This document shows, in pieces, positions 55,552 through 64,000 of a stretch of DNA of 64,000 nt. Position 1 is the first letter of the stretch; the number at the start of each line of letters is the position of its first letter. This DNA comes from Eledone cirrhosa. Taxonomy: Eukaryota. A program made the position numbers and the translations under genes. The DNA lies in NCBI GenBank assembly GCA_964016885.1, contig OZ024742.1, positions 176,886,001 to 176,950,000 of the forward strand, in the 5' to 3' direction. The notes beneath the pieces are model-generated. The model was not told the DNA's origin and ran no database searches. It was given only the letters and a program-made list of their open reading frames with translations.

Positions 55552-56461
55552 CTAGCAGTAAAGCCCGGCGTTGCTCGGGGCTGCTAAGTAGCTGTGTTAA
55601 AGTTACAATGTTAAGTTCCTTTCTTGGCTTAAAAAGTGTAGAGTCTACAGTGTAGACTTTCATGTGGTACTTTGATTAATATTCCCTCAACCAACAGTAT
55701 ACCTTATGAAGTTAAGAAAACAACCATAACCCGAATGTTAAAACAAAAGTGTATGCTGGGGATAAAAAATGCACTTAACAAAAACTGAGAATGTAAACAC
55801 TGCAACACTTGTCTCAGAGAAAAACATCAGCGTAACCAAACTATCAGTAATTTTGAAACTAAGAAATTGGATGGACATGAACAATAAAAAAACAAAAATG
55901 CGTTATCTGTCTGTCGTTTAAAATCATTGCTTCTAAATGAAAATCTTATAAAGCTTTATTCGAAATCGATGGGTTTTTTTACAAAATATTTGCTTGTTTT
56001 ACGGTGTCTTCAAATGGCTTCTTTTCAAGTAAAAAAATATTGTTTTAAAATACTTTTTAATGCAAATGAAGCAAAATGGAAGCTTAATATTGAAATTTCG
56101 AACTCATGAATTTTGCAGGTTAAAATTTTGCTGGCCCGAAAGTTGTTCGTGTATTTTTGTACTTTTGCACGCGTCGTTTATTCGCAACGTAAATAAGTAG
56201 CCAGAATGATGCTATAAAAGAGAAATAACTCGTCTCTTATCTCTATTTATACATTTGAATTGAAAAATAAATACATTACAAATTCGAAATTTGCACTTGG
56301 CGTGGGTCTATTTGAAAATGTTTTTGACCAATGTCCCCGCCGGACCTTCATCTATAAGTGTAGCAATTTCACCGAAATTTGAACGTACGGTTTAGGAGGA
56401 GATGTGTGCCGACCGTTTTAGTAGACAGAGAGACAGACAACTTCAGTTTTAAACATATAGA
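55552..56461 (-). mobile_element. Non-autonomous Helitron
   Basis: Minus strand: A|TCtatatgtttaaaactgaagttgtctgtc start; end ccccgagcaacgccgggctttactgCTAG|T with the same hairpin as 44937-44964. Confidence 0.82.
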
Positions 56462-56533
56462 TATATTATAAAAAAATAGACCCGTTTATATAGAGCATAA
56501 TCTATATATATTAGTCACGTTTATACATATAAT

Positions 56534-56716
56534 TGTTTCTACTTTTGGCACAAGGCCATCAATTACCCAGTGCATTACTGGTACGCTATTTTATCGACCC
56601 CGTAAGGATGAAAGGCAAAGTTAACCTCGGTGGGATTTGAACTCAGACCGCAAAGGGACGTAACTATGCTGGAAAGCATGGCGTCCGACCCTCTACCGAT
56701 ACTGCCAAGCCACCAC
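56534..56716 (-). mobile_element. SINE family 1 with TSD tatacatataat
   Basis: Antisense of 40164-40349; flanking direct repeat at ~56523 and ~56719. Confidence 0.87.
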
Positions 56717-56748
56717 ACTATACATATAATACGTTATAGAATTATTAG

Positions 56749-57228
<480 letters not shown>

Positions 57229-57400
57229 TTTTTGCTCTACGGTTCTTATATATTTGATATATATTTATCCTTATCGAGCCCTCTTTGGATTTTAGTCTTC
57301 AAATTTATTATTATTACTATATATATATATATATCTGTCGTATCTAGCTGTCGAAACGGCCGGAGCTCAGCCGTCGGGGACGTGAATCTTTTCCTATATA

Positions 57401-57479
<79 letters not shown>

Positions 57480-59328
57480 ATATAAATATATATATATGTT
57501 TGTGTGTGTGTGTATGTGTGTGTTTGTGTGTGTGTGTGTGTTTGGTTGACTGAATATACACTTGAGAAAGAGAGAAAGAGAATGTTCCCTCTAGTATCTA
57601 AAACATTGTGAAAACAATATGATGCCAGTTATGGACATATATCTTCAAGAACCTCCAGCTAATGATGACCAGAAGACCCGGGGACATTGATAACAATTTA
57701 TATCTGTAAATTGTTACCAAGAAATATTTTTGTACCATAGCCAAACCAGGTTTCATCAATCAATGGATATTGAAACCCAAGTAGAATTGACAGAATTACA
57801 ATTAAGAAGACCAGAGATAATTTTGTCAATATAAATCTTGCATTATGACTAAGGAGAGACAAGACGAACAGATGGCCAAAGGATCAAAAGATGATGGCAG
57901 GGAACCAACTAAAAGGATGCAATATAATGGATTCTGGACGTCTTCGTCGATGACTGTTTGCTGCTCGATCAACAGATATGACTGCTCTGAAAATGAATGC
58001 CTACGTGCGTCAGTATTACACAGACATGTGTAGCCATAACGTATTTCACAAGGGAATTAAGCGTGATAGAGTGTAGAACAAGGTAGGTCCTTTGAATTAC
58101 AGTTACAATCCGTCCGACTGAATCCAAACAGTTTCCGTCTCACCTTTTAACTTCCATGGAATGGGTCCACCTGTGACACTTCTCTAGGATACTACACAAT
58201 GGAACCGAACCCAAATCTTATTATTTGCGAATTGAATTTAAATATTAGTCTATATGGTGTCCACATGTCAGAGAGCAGTGTTTGACGATAGACTTTGAGG
58301 GTCTATATTCCACCAGAAATCTAAACAGGGAACGTTGATGATCGATAATCTCATGTACCTTTAAGTTAGAACAATAATTTAACATTGTGCGCTACACAAA
58401 TATCACTGATTTCGTCTTGTAAAAGAGATCCTTTCTTTGGATTAACTATTTCGAAATCAATCGATGTATAACCCTTTCAAATACACACATTTACACCTGG
58501 TTCACTAAACTTTAAAGTATTTCGTTAATTTATCAAGGTGTGTTATATCACGATCGGAAAGGTTTTCACTTTCTGTTTCTTTCAAGTTTGAAGAATATGT
58601 CGTATCACTACGTGCCAATCTAGATTTAAACAAGCCTCTTTTTACTCCAAAGCTTATTACGATTGCTCAAGCGTTAATAATTGACAGTGGGCCTGACAAT
58701 TAGAATATATGCTTCACACAGCGTTTCAAGTCATCACATGGTGAGAGTTCTACATCGGCAAGAAATTCTACAGTTGAACTATACAAGTCAACAAGTCCTG
58801 GCAATTATTATCGCTTGACAAAAATCTTACATGTATGTGCAAAAGGATTTGGTGAAACGTTTCACAATTCTTTAGAATACAATATTGTATACATTTATGA
58901 ATTTAGAAGGTGTGTTTTAACTATATCTATTGATCAAGTATTTATTTTCCTTTAAGGCATCGTATATATTTCATAACTGAAATTATTGGATTTAAGATGA
59001 AATCTGTGTAGCACTAAATGTATAGTTGCAAATTAGACCTCCGTCGATTCCGACGAGTTTTCCAGTTCTTAAGGGTTTTGCACAAGTTTGTGAGTTTGAT
59101 ACTAGGTGGTTTGTTGCATACTTTAACAAGGCACGTTATTTGTCGTTGCTCAAATCTAAATTTCACCTGCATTTCAAACGACCAGTTTCGTCACATACAT
59201 TGTAACAAAGAATTTCCCCGAGAGTTACAAACTGGGTGCAGTTTTTTTTCTCCTTAAGCTAATTTGAATACAGACACATACACACACATACGCATATGTA
59301 TATGTTGGTCAATACTAAGAAAGGTGTC

Positions 59329-59359
<31 letters not shown>

Positions 59360-59541
59360 ACGCATGTGTGTTTTTGTACATTCATGTATCAATATATTCA
59401 TATGTATTACAAGTGTACATATATGTGTGTGGAAGATTCTTTTCACTGACATTATCTGTCACTCTTTTTACCTTAAAAATATATTTCTCATTCTCAGCCT
59501 ATTTTTCATCTCACCCTCACATCCTACAACGATTGCTATAA

Positions 59542-59602
<61 letters not shown>

Positions 59603-59689
59603 CACCCAATATATATATATATATATATAATATATATAATATATATAATATATATATAATAGTACACTCAATATAAGTTACACTGGGTG

Positions 59690-61207
59690 ATCCTAGCTAA
59701 GGCTAGATCGTAAAACAGAAATCAAAGACCATGTGACCTCTGCGCCGCTGAGGCCCTGGAAATCCACTACGCCAAACACCACATCTTAAACAAAAAATCT
59801 GAGGCAATTTCGGCTTGTAAACATAAATTGCACAACACTTTCCTCTATTACAGTCCTACATTATACCCTAGCGTATAGTACGAACTATACGCGGATATTT
59901 TACGTCTTGATGTGGGAGATAAGTATATGTTATGTTAATACCATTACTTATTCGTATAGGTAATTATATATTACCTGTATGTTTTGTGAAGCTAGGTATA
60001 TTTTCTCGTACGTATATTTGCTTGTATATGTTATTGGCGTATATATTATATATACGCCAATAAAATATAGTACATGTGCATTTGGTTATGTGTATACGTT
60101 AGTTTTGCGTCTGCGTGAGTATGCGTGTTCGTACGTATGTAGTGTGTGTGTATATGTGTACTTTGCGTTTTGGTTGACGTAGTCCGCGAACATATTTGTC
60201 TCTACATGTGGGTGTGTGCGCGCGCGTTGAATACGTATTTAAGCGTGTATATTTACATACGTTTATTTAATTATGTATACACGCACACACACACACACAC
60301 ATGTGTGTATATATGTATGTTTTTATTTATTTATTTTTATGTGTATTTGGTGTATACGTTTGTATGCGTGCGGTACAGGCGTTGCGTCGGTTCTGTATGT
60401 GCGTGTGTGTGTTTTCTTTATTCTTTTTTGTATTTATTTATTTTTTCTGTACGTGCTTGTATTTGTATACCCATGGGGAGTGTTTTAGCGTATGCTTGTG
60501 TATGTACGTATATGGATGTGTGTATGTATATATTTAATTTCAATTACCTCTGTATTTTATTTACTTTCTTCTTAACTCTGAAGCCGAGAATCATTCGATT
60601 TCCTAAATAGAATTTTAGTCTATGACTTCAGTTATACAATTGACGTGGTTTTGTCTTTGCGTGTAATTGTTCTCATTAAAATATGATTACGTATTATCCT
60701 CGTTTTTTCCGTTCATCATCAGAGAACGTCTCCATGAACCACCTAATAGAATAATAGTTTACGACATCATTTATACCATAAACGTGGTTTGGTCTTCGCG
60801 TGTAATTGTTTTCACTGCACCAAATAATAGTTTCTATTTTAGGCACAAGGCCAGCAATTACCCAGTACATTACTGGTACTTTCTTTTATCGACCCCGTAA
60901 GGATGAAAGGCAAAGTTAACCTCGGCGGGATTTGAACTCAGATCATAAATTGACGTAACTATATGCTTCAAAGCATGGTGTCCGACTCTCTACCGATACT
61001 GCCAATCCACTGCACCAAATAATGACGTATTATCTTCGTTTTTTTGTCGTTCTTTGCCAGGGAACGTTTCCACGAACCCAAGTATCGTCTTCCTGTCTTC
61101 CTTCGGTTACAACGTTTTTTGAAATATTTACTTCCGCGTTCAGTGATTGACATTTTTAGTTTCAGAAGATCCCGTTAAAAGTGAAAGCAGCGATTCTTTG
61201 CTTAAAC
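59690..61207 (+). mobile_element. Family C PLE 3' end: EN C-terminus, long UTR and HHR (61158-61207)
   Basis: ~59720-59877 translates RPCDLCAAEALEIHYAKHHILNKKSEAISACKHK; UTR collinear with 5150-6165. Confidence 0.85.
60829..61007 (-). mobile_element. SINE family 1 nested in the family C element
   Basis: TSD cactgcaccaaataat at 60813-60828 and 61008-61023; absent from the 5150-6165 copy. Confidence 0.88.
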
Positions 61208-61590
61208 GTATACATATATATAGTTAGGGAAGCAGAAAATTGCTTATTGTAATCCAGTTCGTGGACAATTTATTGGACGGTTTCCAACAAACGGTTAGGG
61301 GTAACTCCATAAGTTTGCAAAAATGTGGTTAGTAAATCACGTTCAATCTTGTAGTATAAAGAATAAAAGAGAAAACGCAGGTAAGCATTAAAAAAACATT
61401 TTGAAAATTTGGAGGTGAATAACAGTTATTATCGAGTGGCTGCTATTTGCAGTATAGCGATATAAGGTTGCGCTTACCAATGAAACGGTCGTAAATACCT
61501 GGATACATTCCTTTTTTAATGCATACCTGTGTTTTCTCGTTTATTCTCTCTCTCTATATATATATACATATATATGCGTGTGTACTGTAT

Positions 61591-61684
<94 letters not shown>

Positions 61685-61698
61685 TATATGCGTGTGTA

Positions 61699-61726
<28 letters not shown>

Positions 61727-61733
<7 letters not shown>

Positions 61734-61918
61734 TGAGATTCTACAGGACTAGAACTGTTTCATTCTTTAGAAATCATCAGAAATCTGATTCCTGATGATT
61801 TCTAAAGAATGAAACAGTTCTAGTCCTGTAGAATCTCATCTATATTAAAACGTTTATACTCTGAATTGTATTGAGTACCTTACTTACTGTGGTTACCTCC
61901 GATTTAACCCGGAATAAC

Positions 61919-61920
<2 letters not shown>
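61727..61920. mobile_element. Family A fold-back mini-element with complete HHRs on both strands (61736-61786 -, 61787-61835 +)
   Basis: Plus GATTC-CTGATGA-tTTCtaaaGAAt-GAAACAG..CTGTA-GAATC; minus AGATTT-CTGATGA-same-GAATCT. Confidence 0.88.
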
Positions 61921-61972
<52 letters not shown>

Positions 61973-62489
61973 TCGTGTGTAGTGGATATATATATATATT
62001 TATATATACATATACGTACCTACACACACACAGAGATACACTCACATACATGCACACACCCATATATATATATATGGATATGTATATTTATATATATATA
62101 TATACAATTGTAACTTTTATTTGCGATGCACTTGATAATTTTATTGCCATGAAATCCGTATAATAATCTATTTGTTCATCTTATTTATTTATTCATTTAT
62201 TTAATTATTTATATATCGACTTATTCTTGTCGTTTTTATTTGCCGTATTTCTCGAGAATATGTATTCATGTGCTTGTGTGAAATGTGCGTTAGCTGTCAT
62301 GTACAGCATAATTAAATCTCCAACGTTTTTTGTACATCACGTTGACGCTCGTTTTGCATCGTATTGCCTTCATCTTCCTTCCTTTTCTTACTGCTGTATT
62401 ACAGAAAATGTTCTTCCCACTCGTCTTTCTCTTTGTCAATATTATTCTGTAAATATGTCCGTATGTATATATTATATATCTATTTATTG

Positions 62490-62588
<99 letters not shown>

Positions 62589-63080
62589 AAACTTGGAGGG
62601 GAACAAAAACAGAGAGGCAGATATACACACACTTTGTTTTTGTATTTGTTTCGCATACTTTCTTATCTGGAAACGTGTGTTGAAATAGATATTGTTAAAC
62701 TTTAGGAAGGTCTTGCAGCCAAGAAAAACACACGCACCTATTGCTTTTCACTTCAATTTTTTATACATTTCCAATCGTTTATTTAATAACAGGATGGTTT
62801 TTAAATGTTGATTGTCAAATGTCCTTCGTCACACATTCTTTGACATCATTAATGAATCCTCCCACACCATAATAGGACAGAATTAAGGAGATATACGAAT
62901 TAGAAACAAACTTAATCAATGAGGATGTCACAGAATATTTGACGGTAGAGCACTATAATCAAAAACTAAACAACCATTCGGATATTAAACTAACAACCGG
63001 CTGGTAGTTTATAAGAATTTGAAGTGAAAACCATAAAGTGAGTGCGCTTTTATTGGCAGCATGACTCTTCCAAAATATAA

Positions 63081-63118
<38 letters not shown>

Positions 63119-63229
63119 ACACACACACATATATATATATGTGTGTGTGTATGTGTATATATATGTGTGTGTGTGTATATATATGTATATTGTGAAGGCG
63201 TGTGGCTGATTCGCAAACTAACTATGAAC

Positions 63230-63942
63230 AAACCTTATTGTTCATAGTATATTATTCACCCTAGCGAATTTGGTCCCTTATAATTTGAACACATATATGT
63301 ATATATTTGTGTTTATCTCTCTTTATTTTATCAGATTATATTATACGGCTCGGAAAATATTTTCCTTGAGCTATTTTAATTGTAAGGGACTATTCTGAGT
63401 TTCTAACTCAATATATACTTTTGATAAATACAGCTCCTTGAATTTTGTAGAGCTTAATCATTGTCGAGTCAACCAGGCTGCTATTTTTAGCAGCATAAGT
63501 TTTTACGAGACACACTAGACTCTGAATGTCATGTGCGATATTTTCAACACGCGCTTCATTTAGTCTTCTAAGAAACTTAGAAGTGAAGGGTCTACTAATT
63601 TTTACATCTACCGAAGAGCAATAGAATTGGAAATTCCCTCACTTGATGCGAAACCGTTTTACTAAAGATGGTCTGGATGTTTCATATTTATCACGATCGG
63701 TTTGTACTTTTTCTTAATTTAATCTTTTAATTGAGTCTGGCAAACCGTATTGTTCATAGTTAGTATATTATTCACTGTAGCCAATTTGGTCCCTCATAAT
63801 TTGAACACATATATGTATATATTTGTGTTTATCTCTTTTTATTATATTAAATTATATTATACGGCTCGGAAAATATTTTCCTTGACCTATTTTAATTGTA
63901 AGGGACTATTATGAGTTTCTAACTCCATATATACTTTTGATA
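63230..63942 (+). mobile_element. Retrozyme-like partial tandem: ~200-bp direct repeats (63230-63426, 63742-63942) around an HHR
   Basis: Direct repeats read by eye; no ORF. Confidence 0.8.
63604..63680 (+). ncRNA. Type-I hammerhead ribozyme with CCGAAGA core
   Basis: ACATCTA-CCGAAGA-GCA...TGC-GAAACCGT-tttactaaag-ATGGTC-TGGATGT; 7-bp helix I, 5-bp helix III, GUC site. Confidence 0.8.
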
Positions 63943-64000
63943 TATATATAAATATATATATTTGTGTGTGTGTTTGTGTGTATGCTTGTGTGTGCAATCC

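Overview
AT-rich, microsatellite-saturated eukaryotic DNA. The SINE content resembles octopus/cephalopod repeats (inference). No host protein-coding exon could be supported; nearly all listed ORFs are (TA)n/(CA)n artefacts or transposon remnants. The window is dominated by Penelope-like retroelements (PLEs): one decayed Neptune-type copy (RT + Cys linker + GIY-YIG) and at least six fragments of a second PLE type (RT 'YRDD', CxC-x5-CPL linker, GIY-YIG with CxLC...LN.RS...CRH tail; Hydra-clade-like). It also holds tRNA-derived SINEs, two non-autonomous Helitrons and an RTE LINE with a twin-priming inversion. The main unannotated signal, found by eye, is more than 25 intact, degenerate or half type-I hammerhead ribozyme (HHR) motifs from about ten sequence families. 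Many sit in short non-coding fold-back (head-to-head) or partial-tandem elements embedded in (TA)n. They show covarying helices, self-complementary loop III sequences and recurring core variants (U.U at the base of helix II, CAGAAGA core, a ~100-nt helix II). Catalytic activity and novelty are untested.
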